Assembly: GCA_964549615.1 (NCBI GenBank)
Contig: CAZJVP010000104.1
Span: 56,985-88,984 of the forward strand
Origin: an uncultured Thermococci archaeon
GTDB lineage: Archaea; CAYQAE01; CAYVLA01
Direction: 5' to 3'
Length of the DNA: 32,000 bases
Below, piece after piece: positions 7,930-16,091 of this stretch (its first letter is position 1; each line of letters begins with the position of its first letter). The notes under the pieces were generated by a model, which made no database searches, was not told the DNA's origin, and saw nothing but the letters and a program-made list of their open reading frames with translations. The position numbers and the translations under genes are program-made.

Positions 7930-8748
7930 CTACTCGATCTCAAGCCCGCTTCCTGCGTGCCGCCTCAGGTAATCCACCGAAGGCTCCAGGTCCCTTGCGG
8001 CGAGCTCCAAGGTCGTGGGCATGGGCCCTCGGCCCGCGTCGCCGCAATTCCCCAGCTCCGCCATCAGATGCTTAAGGTCCACGTTGCCGCGCCCTAACGC
8101 AAGGTGCTGGTCCCATTGGCCGTCGTTGTCATGGAGGTGCAGGTACCTGAGCCTCGGCAAGACGGCGGGGAGGAACTCCCTGACTCCGAAGCCGTGCGTG
8201 TTCCCGTGGGCCGCATCGTAGGTGAGCGAGACCTCCGGATCGTATGCTCGGAGTGCGCGCACGTCATCTGGCGTGTTCAGTATCCCGCCGCAGCTTTTCT
8301 CTTGGTTTTCGACGCAGACCTCCACGCCCACCTTGAGGGATTCCTCGGTCAACGTTTGCAGCATGGATACCGCCCTTGGAAGGTGGGGTCCCGGTCCGAG
8401 GGCAACCCCGATGTGGGTGTTCACCAACTCGCAACCGAGATCGACCGCGAACTGGACCGATTCAAGCGCTGCGACAAGGGCCTTCCTTGCCATCCTTGGG
8501 TTTGGGCTGGCCAAGTTGACCTGCCCCTGAAGGTAGGGTAGATGGGCATAGCGCTTGAATCGATAGGACGACAATGCCTCGGTGAGCCAATCACGCATCC
8601 TCCGCGTGATGAGCCCGTCCCTGCCGAGCTTCACCTCCACCCCTGCAAGTCGCAGACGTGAGCCAGCCTCCAAGACCTCTTCGCAGAGTTGCATGTCCTC
8701 AGATGGCGCAGGAACTGAAGCAAGAACTCGAAGCCTCAAGGCCATCAT
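7930..8748 (-). CDS. xylose-isomerase-like TIM-barrel protein (sugar phosphate isomerase/epimerase or AP-endonuclease-2 family)
   Basis: 272 aa. VNTHIG, CVENQE, YDAAHGNTHG, LHLHDNDGQWDQHLALGRG. These resemble the metal-ligand pattern of the family. Confidence 0.6.
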   Translation of the reverse strand: MMALRLRVLASVPAPSEDMQLCEEVLEAGSRLRLAGVEVKLGRDGLITRRMRDWLTEALSSYRFKRYAHLPYLQGQVNLASPNPRMARKALVAALESVQFAVDLGCELVNTHIGVALGPGPHLPRAVSMLQTLTEESLKVGVEVCVENQEKSCGGILNTPDDVRALRAYDPEVSLTYDAAHGNTHGFGVREFLPAVLPRLRYLHLHDNDGQWDQHLALGRGNVDLKHLMAELGNCGDAGRGPMPTTLELAARDLEPSVDYLRRHAGSGLEIE

Positions 8749-9155
8749 CAGCCCTTAAGGATAACGAATCTGAGCAAAAGCCCGATGATCAGGGCCGAGA
8801 TGATCGCGCCCACGAGCATCCTCCTCGCCGATTGAACTTGGTCCGAGGCGTGATCCCTGAATCTCGTTGTGACGGGTGGCCAGGCGGGCCCGGCCCAGCG
8901 CCCGGACTCCTCCTCCCTGTCCCATCGCTCCCAAATCCTCGGGGCTTCGGCAGCTCTCCTTCTGCGCACGTGGGCCGAGTAGTCTTCCCAAGTGGTCTTC
9001 GCCAGCGGGCGCCTGAGCCCTTCGCATGCATGATTTTCGGGCAGGCGATGATCGGGGCAGAACCTCCCGTTGCAGTAACGACATCGGTAGGGCATGAAGC
9101 TTCTCTGCCCGCAGAAATCGCACTCGCCACCATCGGATGACAAATCCCTATACAC
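8748..9155 (-). CDS. AN1-type zinc-finger protein with a C-terminal transmembrane anchor
   Basis: 135 aa. CDFCGQRSFMPYRCRYCNGRFCPDHRLPENHAC matches the AN1 finger. The C-terminal MLVGAIISALIIGLLLRFVIL is hydrophobic. Its end abuts or overlaps the next gene's start at 8748. Confidence 0.7.
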   Translation of the reverse strand: MYRDLSSDGGECDFCGQRSFMPYRCRYCNGRFCPDHRLPENHACEGLRRPLAKTTWEDYSAHVRRRRAAEAPRIWERWDREEESGRWAGPAWPPVTTRFRDHASDQVQSARRMLVGAIISALIIGLLLRFVILKG

Positions 9156-9161
9156 CGCTCC

Positions 9162-10199
9162 TCAGCGCTTTCCAACACCGATCAGGCCGAGCTTCGCCGC
9201 CAATTTCTGCCTCGCACTCACTAGGACAGCGATCTTGCGCATTGCCAAGGAATAGCCCTCTTCCTGCCCCAGCAGGTCGGCAAGGGGGCGGAAACCGCAA
9301 TCGGGCGAGAAAACCACATTCTCGACGCCGTAGCGACTTATCGCGCCTTCCATCTTTCTTTCGACGACGGCCGTGGGCTCCACCCCGTCCTGGTCGTTCG
9401 TGGGACTTGTGCTAACCACGCCCACGGACAGAACCTTTGAGTAGGATTCTGGCTCATCTGGCTCGTAGGACTCGAAGTTGTGATCCATCCTCGAGAACTC
9501 GTGGCTTATGATCTTCGCGCTGGTTCCGAGAAGGATCTCGGAGAGCTGCCTTCCGATCCCGCCGCACACGTGGATGCATGGGATCGTCCTTACGCCGTGC
9601 AAGGTTTCATCCAGGGTCTCGGCTACCAGGTCGGTGGCCTGCGCCCGGCTCATGGATAGCTCAAGGAGGTTCGTGCGCTTGCCGATTAGGACGGAAAGAA
9701 AGGGCTCGTCCACGCTGACGATCGAGCTCAGCGTCGAGTACCTTGCGCAGACCTTGTGGACGTATCCGGCCAGCTTCTCGATCACCCAAGGATGTTCCAC
9801 CACGAGATCAAGGTAGCCGGAAGGGAAGGGCTTCTTCTTCGCGCCCTCGACCTTAAGCACGCTCGAGAGCGTGAACGGCCCCGTCACGCAGGCTTTGAGC
9901 GGGATCGTCCCTTTCTTGCCCCTGAGGATCTCGTGCGCGTCCTCGACCCAACGGCGGACCTCCTTGGTCACCACGGGCTGGAAATCCTGGGTGATCTCGA
10001 ATCCATTTCCCTCGCGCCGGATGGTGGCCCCGTCCACCAGGGGGTCCAGGAACATGCTGTTCATATCGGCCAACTGCGGATAACTCACGAAATCGAGCCC
10101 GGCCTTGACCTGGTCGTCAATCGCCCTAGCGAAGTTGGCCCGGTTATTGGCCAGCGGAAAGCTTCCTATGAGGTTAGTCGCCAAGGGCGGGAGCTTCAA
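9162..10199 (-). CDS. cobalamin-independent methionine synthase catalytic-domain-like methyltransferase (short archaeal MetE type)
   Basis: 345 aa. NLIGSFPL N-terminus, VSVDEPFL, IHVCGG (His/Cys), SHEF, SPDCGFRPL (Cys). This is the Zn-ligand pattern of the MetE/UroD-like fold. Confidence 0.65.
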   Translation of the reverse strand: MKLPPLATNLIGSFPLANNRANFARAIDDQVKAGLDFVSYPQLADMNSMFLDPLVDGATIRREGNGFEITQDFQPVVTKEVRRWVEDAHEILRGKKGTIPLKACVTGPFTLSSVLKVEGAKKKPFPSGYLDLVVEHPWVIEKLAGYVHKVCARYSTLSSIVSVDEPFLSVLIGKRTNLLELSMSRAQATDLVAETLDETLHGVRTIPCIHVCGGIGRQLSEILLGTSAKIISHEFSRMDHNFESYEPDEPESYSKVLSVGVVSTSPTNDQDGVEPTAVVERKMEGAISRYGVENVVFSPDCGFRPLADLLGQEEGYSLAMRKIAVLVSARQKLAAKLGLIGVGKR

Positions 10200-10277
10200 G
10201 CCGGGGATTCCTTTGAGGGAAGAGCCCCGAGCTCTATTAAATGATTGTCAAGCAGGTTGACCCGAACGAGCGTTGTC

Positions 10278-10595
10278 TCAGTCCTGTCCTTTGGCCCTGA
10301 TGACCGTCATGCTCGCCGAGGCCAGAGCCGGCGCAACGAAGGCCAGGCATACTATCCTAACCTGCAAGCTGGGCACGTACAGCCCCAGCCCCGCCAGGAA
10401 GGCGATCGATACGGATCGCCTGAAATTCCAAGAGACGAAGGCCTTGTACAGCCAGAACCACACGATCAGCAGGAGAAGCCCGAAGAGGACTGCCATGTAA
10501 CCTACGGCGAGGTAGCGCGTGAGCACGAGCAGTGCCACTAGGTCCACGATGACGAGCAGGGTGCTACGCGCGTCCAACGCCACCCCGGGCTTCAC
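10278..10595 (-). CDS. small integral membrane protein (about 3 TM), hypothetical
   Basis: 105 aa. GTG start 7 nt downstream of the porB stop. Hydrophobic segments: LLVIVDLVALLVL, MAVLFGLLLLIVWFWL, IAFLAGLGLYV. Confidence 0.5.
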   Translation of the reverse strand: MKPGVALDARSTLLVIVDLVALLVLTRYLAVGYMAVLFGLLLLIVWFWLYKAFVSWNFRRSVSIAFLAGLGLYVPSLQVRIVCLAFVAPALASASMTVIRAKGQD

Positions 10596-10602
10596 CTCAG
10601 AA

Positions 10603-11550
10603 CTAGAGGGAAGCCAGGGCTTTTAACCTCTCCCAGTCCTTGTCCACTTTCGCCTGGGCAGCCTCGATGATCGGCCTGTTCTTCTCGGTGAAAAGGTGCC
10701 TGAACCGGCCCTGCATGCGCAGCCAGTCCTCGAGGGGCCTCTTCTGGACCTTTCCCTCGGCGATCCTTTGGGTGACGCCGTTGAGGACGTACTTGCCCTC
10801 GATAACCTCGTAGAGGGGCCAGATGCAGGTCTCCACGGCTGCCTTTCCGAGCTCCACCCACTGGGTCGTTTCCGCCCTCCATCCCCGAGGACAGGGGGAA
10901 AGGATGTTGAGGAAAGTGGGCCCTTCGGTTTCTATCGCCCTGTTCGCTTTGTTGATTAGGTCCATGTAGTATGATGGGGTTGCCTGAGCCGCGTAGGGGA
11001 TATCGTGGGCAGCAACGATCTGGGTGAGGTTCTTCTTGTATCCCCTCTTGCCCGGTTCGACCTCGCCGCATGGGCTGGTCGTGGTGTGCGCCCCGATGGG
11101 CGTGGCGCTGCTGCGTTGAATGCCGGTGTTCATGTAGGCCTCGTTATCGTAGCAAACGTACGTGAAGTCGTGCCCCCTCTCCAGAGCTCCCGAAAGCGCC
11201 TGGAGGCCGATGTCGTAGGTTCCGCCGTCCCCGCCGAAGGCTATGAACCTTATCTTCCTGTCTGCGGGTATCTTGCCGCGCTTCTTGAGCGCGCGATACA
11301 TGGTCTCGACGCCGCTTATGGTGGCCGCGGAGTTCTCAAAGGCGTTGTGGATGAAGGGGATCTCCCAAGCGGTGAACGGGTAGATCGTGGTTGCGACCTC
11401 AAGGCAACCCGTCGCGCAACACGCCACGATCGGAAGGTCGGTGGACAGGAGTATCTGTCTCACGGCGACCGAGGCCCCACAACCGGCGCACAATCGGTGG
11501 CCGGGGGAAAGCCTTTCCTTCCTCGTTGAAAGCGTCTTCAGACTTGGCAT
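10603..11550 (-). CDS. porB: pyruvate:ferredoxin oxidoreductase, beta (TPP-binding) subunit
   Basis: 315 aa. GHRLCAGCG, FGGDGGTYDIG (TPP GDG motif), operon context. Confidence 0.9.
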   Translation of the reverse strand: MPSLKTLSTRKERLSPGHRLCAGCGASVAVRQILLSTDLPIVACCATGCLEVATTIYPFTAWEIPFIHNAFENSAATISGVETMYRALKKRGKIPADRKIRFIAFGGDGGTYDIGLQALSGALERGHDFTYVCYDNEAYMNTGIQRSSATPIGAHTTTSPCGEVEPGKRGYKKNLTQIVAAHDIPYAAQATPSYYMDLINKANRAIETEGPTFLNILSPCPRGWRAETTQWVELGKAAVETCIWPLYEVIEGKYVLNGVTQRIAEGKVQKRPLEDWLRMQGRFRHLFTEKNRPIIEAAQAKVDKDWERLKALASL

Positions 11551-11562
11551 CCAGTTCGCCTC

Positions 11563-12744
11563 CTACTCCCTCACTCCTAGGTATCTGACCCTCTGCTTCA
11601 CCTTGCCGGTGGAGATTATCTCGGCTAGGTCCGCATAGACTTTGGCGATGTCGGCTTGGCCGATGTCCCGGCCGCCAAGGCCGTAGACGTAGTTCACGAT
11701 CTGGGGCCTGAAATCCTCGTCGAAGAGGGCATTTCTGACCTCGTTGAATACCGGTGCACCGTAGGCACCGAGGCCGTCGGACCTATCCAGTACAGCCACC
11801 GCTTTCACTCCATCAAGCAGCCTGACCATGTCATCCTTCGGGAAGGGCCTGAAGCATCTCAGCTTGATCATGCCGACCTTCTTCCCGGCCCTGCGCATCG
11901 CCTTCACGGTCGCCCTGGTGGTACCTGCCGTGCTGCTCAGCACGATTATCGCCGACTCGGCATCATCCATGGCGTAGGGCTCCAGGAGAGAGTAGCGCCT
12001 GCCGGCAATCTTGCCGAACTCCTCGGAGACCTCGCGGACGACCGCCTCCGCGTGGGACATGGCATCGATCTCCTGCATCTTGTGTTCGAAGAAGTAGTCG
12101 TAGAGGTCGAGCGGCCCGTAGGTGACCGGATGCTCGATATCCAGCAACGGGTGGGTGGGCACATACTCGCCCACGAAATCCTTGACCACGTCGTCATCCA
12201 GAAGCTCCACCCTCTCCACCGCGTGGGAGGTTATGAAGCCATCCATGCAGCACATCACCGGGAGCCTCAGGTCCTTGTGTTCGGCAATCCTGACTGCCTG
12301 GATGGTGTTGTCGTAGGCCTCCTGTGGGTTCTCCCCGTAGATCTGGAGCCACCCGGAGTCCCTAGCGCCCATCGTGTCGGAGTGGTCGCAGTGTATGTTT
12401 ATTGGGCCTGACAAGGTCCTGTTTATCACGTTCATGACGATCGGCAGGCGGTATCCGGCAGCGATGTACAGGATCTCCCACATGTAGGCCAGGCCCTGCG
12501 AGGAGGTCGCCGTCATGACGCGTCCCCCCGCTGCGCAGGCTCCCACGCATGCGCTCAGTGCGCTGTGCTCGGATTCGGCGACTATCAGCTCGGTCTGGAC
12601 CGAGCCGTCGGCGACGAACTGCGAGAAGCTTTGCATGAGCTCGGTCTGAGGGGTTATCGGGTAAGCCGCGACGACGTCCGGATCTATCTGCTTCATAGCA
12701 TAGGCAGCGGCGTCGTCCCCATTCAAGGGAAGCACTTTGGGCAT
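11563..12744 (-). CDS. porA: pyruvate:ferredoxin oxidoreductase, alpha subunit
   Basis: About 393 aa from ATG 12744; the track starts at GTG 12753. LNGDDAAAYAMKQIDPDVVAAYPITPQTE N-terminus. GGTGA lies 6 nt upstream of the ATG and overlaps the porD stop. Confidence 0.9.
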   Translation of the reverse strand: MPKVLPLNGDDAAAYAMKQIDPDVVAAYPITPQTELMQSFSQFVADGSVQTELIVAESEHSALSACVGACAAGGRVMTATSSQGLAYMWEILYIAAGYRLPIVMNVINRTLSGPINIHCDHSDTMGARDSGWLQIYGENPQEAYDNTIQAVRIAEHKDLRLPVMCCMDGFITSHAVERVELLDDDVVKDFVGEYVPTHPLLDIEHPVTYGPLDLYDYFFEHKMQEIDAMSHAEAVVREVSEEFGKIAGRRYSLLEPYAMDDAESAIIVLSSTAGTTRATVKAMRRAGKKVGMIKLRCFRPFPKDDMVRLLDGVKAVAVLDRSDGLGAYGAPVFNEVRNALFDEDFRPQIVNYVYGLGGRDIGQADIAKVYADLAEIISTGKVKQRVRYLGVRE

Positions 12745-12749
12745 GCATC

Positions 12750-13031
12750 TCACCTCTCCGGTTCCATACGTATGGCCTTCTTCGGACAGACGGCCATGCA
12801 GATCCCACAGCCTTTGCAGTGATCTAGATCAAACCCTTTGAACTTGCCATCCGCCACGACTATGGAGGAGTCGGGGCAGTTGATCCAGCAGGTGAGGCAG
12901 TTAGAGCACAGGTCCTTGTTGATCACTGGCCTCTGCGTGCGCCACTCGCCCGTCTTGTACTCCTTTGCGTTTCCAGCCGCCAGGATGAGCCCGCCGGGTG
13001 GGATCGTCTTCCACCCGGGTTTCTCGGTCAT
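12750..13031 (-). CDS. porD: pyruvate:ferredoxin oxidoreductase, delta subunit (2x[4Fe-4S])
   Basis: 93 aa. CSNCLTCWINCP and CKGCGICMAVCP. ATGA overlap with the porG stop. Confidence 0.9.
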   Translation of the reverse strand: MTEKPGWKTIPPGGLILAAGNAKEYKTGEWRTQRPVINKDLCSNCLTCWINCPDSSIVVADGKFKGFDLDHCKGCGICMAVCPKKAIRMEPER

Positions 13032-13597
13032 GCTTCCACCACCTCCTGATAGGCTCTCTCAAGCGCCCTCATGTTGGCTTGGATCACCTTCTCGTCGAGC
13101 TTGGACCCCAAGTGTCCACGTATCGATTGCTTGACATTCTCGAGGCTGGTGACGCGCGAGGCCTTGACGAAGGCTCCGAGGCAGGTCGTGTTGGCGATGG
13201 GTCTCCCGATTTCCTCCTTGGCGATCTTGGTGGCGTCAACCGTTAGGATCCTGCCCGAGAACCCCGTCTTCTTTCGTACCTCTTCGGGCGACATGCTGGT
13301 GTTGACGAGCAGGGTACCTTCCTTGCGCAGGCCCTCCGTCACATCGGTTGAGCCGAGGAGGGTGGGATCGAGGACCACCACGTGGTCCGGGGAATAGACG
13401 TTGCTGTGCAGATCGATGGGCTCTTCGGAGAGCCGGTTAAATGCAAGCACCGGGGCGCCCATCCTCTCCGGGCCGTACTCTGGGAAGGATTGAACATATT
13501 TGCCATCCGCGATGGCGGCCTCGGCAAGGATCTCAGCGGCAGTCTTGACGCCCTGCCCGCCCCTGCCGTGCCAGCGAATTTCCACTACTCTGGCCAA
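13028..13597 (-). CDS. porG: pyruvate:ferredoxin oxidoreductase, gamma subunit
   Basis: 189 aa. IRWHGRGGQGVKTAAEILAEAA N-terminus, typical of the 2-oxoacid:Fd oxidoreductase gamma subunit. First gene of the porGDAB order. Confidence 0.88.
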   Translation of the reverse strand: MARVVEIRWHGRGGQGVKTAAEILAEAAIADGKYVQSFPEYGPERMGAPVLAFNRLSEEPIDLHSNVYSPDHVVVLDPTLLGSTDVTEGLRKEGTLLVNTSMSPEEVRKKTGFSGRILTVDATKIAKEEIGRPIANTTCLGAFVKASRVTSLENVKQSIRGHLGSKLDEKVIQANMRALERAYQEVVEA

Positions 13598-13662
13598 TCA
13601 ATCACCACTTGGGCGCGGCCGGAAGGAAACCGCTTAAATCTTTTCTCGGGGGTCTGCCCGTA

Positions 13663-14151
13663 TCAGTCTTCGGCCCTGGTCAGGCTCAGGTTAACTTGGA
13701 ACTCCTTGCTGGTCTCCGCAAGCGTGCCGGAGATCTTGTCCGTGGCCACTATCCTGACTAGGTACGCCCCACTGAGAACGAGATTGCCCGTGTAATACGG
13801 GTACTTGTAGTAGATGTAGGTCGGCCTCTTGGTGGCATTGGTTTCATGTATCTCTTTCTCGTTCTTCTTCTCGAAGTAGATGTTCCCCGCGGCATCCGAG
13901 AGGGAGATGTCGATGCTGACCCAGAACTCGTAGTGTCGGTCGACCTTCCTGGTCCGGAATCCCGTGACCTCGGTGTAGAAGAAGACGGTCTCGTCATCGC
14001 CCAAGAGGTCATTCTCCACCATCGTGAAATTCCGGGGGCCATAGTACTCTGAGGCCAGCACGATGGGCCTGAGCTGAAGCTTCTGCTGGGTGATGCAAGC
14101 GCAGCACAGGATTGCCAGCGGAAGCGTAAGCGGAATTGCTAGGGATTTCAT
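13663..14151 (-). CDS. putative secreted protein or lipoprotein, hypothetical
   Basis: 162 aa. N-terminal signal-like MKSLAIPLTLPLAILCCACITQQ with Cys residues near the end of the hydrophobic region. No recognised domain. Confidence 0.55.
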   Translation of the reverse strand: MKSLAIPLTLPLAILCCACITQQKLQLRPIVLASEYYGPRNFTMVENDLLGDDETVFFYTEVTGFRTRKVDRHYEFWVSIDISLSDAAGNIYFEKKNEKEIHETNATKRPTYIYYKYPYYTGNLVLSGAYLVRIVATDKISGTLAETSKEFQVNLSLTRAED

Positions 14152-14239
14152 GCCGGGTCTACCGCGTCGGCCACAAGGCGCACCCGGGTAATGATATGTC
14201 TTTCGGAGCCCACTCAGTGGCCGGCCTCGGGACTGGCCG

Positions 14240-15109
14240 TCATACGCCGGTTGGGAGGATCTCCCTGACTAGAAGGCCTATCAGGAAGCTGAGTCCGGCG
14301 ACGCCCAGGCTGATGCCCGCCATCTCGAGGAATCGCCTCCTGAATGGCTGGTCCTTGGCGACCGAGATGTAGAAGCTGAAAACTAGGATAACCACTATCG
14401 CATTGAGGATCGTGAACGCCAACGCATGGTAGATGTTCACGAAGACTAGGAAAGGCATGATCAAGAAGAGAACGGTCAAGACGTAGGCAACGCCAGTGTA
14501 CACCATCGCCCGCCCAGGCTTCCTCGGACCGCCCTCCGACTTGGTGGATAGGTATTCTGACGCAGCCATCGAGAAGGATGCCGCTATTCCGGTTATCAAC
14601 CCCGCGACGGCAACGAGACGTGTGGTCCGGAGGGCAAAACTCAACCCGGCAAGGGCGCCGGTAAGCTCGACTAGGGCATCGTTGAGTCCTAGGACGACGG
14701 ACCCTACGTATCTCAGTCTCTCCTCGTCTAACAGGCCTAGAAGTTGCTTCTCGTGGTCCTGCTCATCCGTCATGACGTCCTTGATTCCGGGCAGATGGCC
14801 CGCCATGCGCTGGTAAGCGGCCTGGGCCCTTCCCTCCCCCCTCTCCATGAGCTTGAGGGCGAAGGTGATGCCCAAGACCTTTGAGATGAGCATGAATTTG
14901 TAATACCCTGTGCGGCTCGGCGCAACATCGATCCCGGTGTTCTCTCTGAAGAAACTGTAATGCTTCAGCTCGTCCTCGGCCACCCTTTCGAGGATCTGGC
15001 TGTTGTGCGGATCGCGGACGGACTTTGCTAGCTTGCTGTATACCCGGTGTTCGGTGATCTCATTTCTCTGCGCGGCTATTAGCCTTCTCGCTAGGTTTTC
15101 TGGTTCCAT
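14240..15109 (-). CDS. erythrin (ferritin-like) - VIT1/CCC1 fusion, MbfA-like Fe/Mn transporter
   Basis: About 289 aa from ATG 15109. The track ORF starts at 15226, but its first 39 codons look non-coding. The N-terminal ExxH-type ferritin-like region (NEITEHRVY...AEDELKHYSFF...DEQDHEK) is followed by VIT1-like TM helices (GLNDALVELTGALAG, FSMAASEYLS). Confidence 0.75.
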   Translation of the reverse strand: MEPENLARRLIAAQRNEITEHRVYSKLAKSVRDPHNSQILERVAEDELKHYSFFRENTGIDVAPSRTGYYKFMLISKVLGITFALKLMERGEGRAQAAYQRMAGHLPGIKDVMTDEQDHEKQLLGLLDEERLRYVGSVVLGLNDALVELTGALAGLSFALRTTRLVAVAGLITGIAASFSMAASEYLSTKSEGGPRKPGRAMVYTGVAYVLTVLFLIMPFLVFVNIYHALAFTILNAIVVILVFSFYISVAKDQPFRRRFLEMAGISLGVAGLSFLIGLLVREILPTGV

Positions 15110-15266
15110 TGGCTCACGGAGGCGCCGCGTGCTATTAAAGTGGTGCGTGGCGTGGCTCCGTTGGACATTCGCAGGCTGCACCCCCAAGCGGGCAATACCG
15201 TGAGGTTCGTCCAGCCCCAGGTCCAAGACGGTGGCAATGCCAGCCCGGGGGCTCGACGATGCCCCG

Positions 15267-15284
15267 TGAAATTACATTTTAATT
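15267..15284 (+). promoter_or_regulatory. BRE/TATA-like box upstream of the 5S rRNA gene
   Basis: tGAAATTACATTTTAATT lies about 37-54 nt upstream of the predicted mature 5S 5' end. It shares the GAAAT plus A/T-run pattern with the boxes at 5938 and 20328. Confidence 0.45.
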
Positions 15285-15320
15285 CTGCCGTTGGGTTGTC
15301 TGTGCGCGAGGGGCAACGAG

Positions 15321-15465
15321 CCGGCGGCCATAGGGGCCTGGAAACACCCGGTCTCATTCTTCTCGGAAACGATGAAGGAGGAACCCGAACCCGGAAGTTA
15401 AGCAGGCCTGCGTCCCTTGCTGTACTGAGGTGGGCGACCCCTCGGGAACCATGGGTCGCTGCCGG
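15321..15465 (+). rRNA. rrf: 5S ribosomal RNA, stand-alone copy, about 145 nt, with an insertion in loop C
   Basis: GCCGGCGGCCATAG...GGAAACACCCGGTCTCATTC...CCGAACCCGGAAGTTAAGCAGGCC...TGTACTGAGGTGGGCGACCCCTCGGGAACC...GGTCGCTGCCGG. Helix I (CCGGCGGC/GTCGCTGCCGG), helix II (GGCCTG/CAGGCC), helix III (CCGG/CCGG), the loop E GTACTG...GGGAAC, and helix IV with a GCGA tetraloop can all be drawn by hand. No 16S or 23S gene in the window. Confidence 0.85.
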
Positions 15466-15484
15466 TTCGTCCAATCTCGCAGAT

Positions 15485-16063
15485 CTAATCGCCGAGCGTT
15501 CTCTTTGCGGCCAGCACCCTTTGGGCCACGGTCACCCAGGCTAGGATGCCGATGATGACGATGCCTGCCTGAAGGACGTTGACTTGGGTGGTCAGAGGGT
15601 GGAATATGCTGAAGAGAGCCAGCATCACCTGCCTTTCAGCCCGCTCCGCGATGCCGACCGCCATGCCCGTTGACCCGGCGGCTTCGCCTCTAGCCCTGCA
15701 GTAGGGAACGAGGAACGATCCGAAGACCGTCAGCATTACCAGCCGCCAGTCCACGATCTCGGAGAGCGCGATCCCACCTAGGACGGCGAAGTCGGATATG
15801 CGGTCGAAAGTCGAGTCCAAGAAGCCCCCGAACCGAGAGACTCGACCGGTTATCCGTGCTACCGCCCCGTCCATCGCATCAAGCGCTCCGGAAGCCAACA
15901 AGACAACCCCACCGAGCTGCACCATTTTGAAGCGGTAGAGGACGGCGGCTACGATCGCGGTGAGAAGGCTGAGGGAGGTGACGGCGTTTGGGGGCAGAAA
16001 GGATATGCCTGCAGCAAGACGATCGAAGTACGCGTTGACTGTGCGACGGTATCTCGTGAGCAA
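15485..16063 (-). CDS. CDP-alcohol phosphatidyltransferase (archaetidylinositol-phosphate synthase-like)
   Basis: 192 aa, TTG start. Exact family signature DxxDGxxARx8GxxxDxxxD in DAMDGAVARITGRVSRFGGFLDSTFD. Size and TM pattern fit AIP synthase, but the head-group specificity cannot be read from the sequence. Confidence 0.8.
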   Translation of the reverse strand: MLTRYRRTVNAYFDRLAAGISFLPPNAVTSLSLLTAIVAAVLYRFKMVQLGGVVLLASGALDAMDGAVARITGRVSRFGGFLDSTFDRISDFAVLGGIALSEIVDWRLVMLTVFGSFLVPYCRARGEAAGSTGMAVGIAERAERQVMLALFSIFHPLTTQVNVLQAGIVIIGILAWVTVAQRVLAAKRTLGD

Positions 16064-16091
16064 GGGGTTCGACGAGGCGAGTCCAGCGAGC

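Noticed and set aside
15110-15226. The N-terminal 39 codons of the track ORF for the erythrin-VIT1 protein.
   Set aside because: The MDLGLDEPHGIARLGVQPANVQRSHATHHFNSTRRLREP segment has no counterpart in the family. The ferritin-like domain starts right after M40 (ATG 15109), so the shorter model is preferred.
15357-15383. The idea that the 5S insertion is a bulge-helix-bulge mini-intron.
   Set aside because: I could not draw the two 3-nt bulges flanking a 4-bp helix around the insertion boundaries. The segment folds as a simple stem-loop that extends loop C. Excision cannot be excluded without RNA data.
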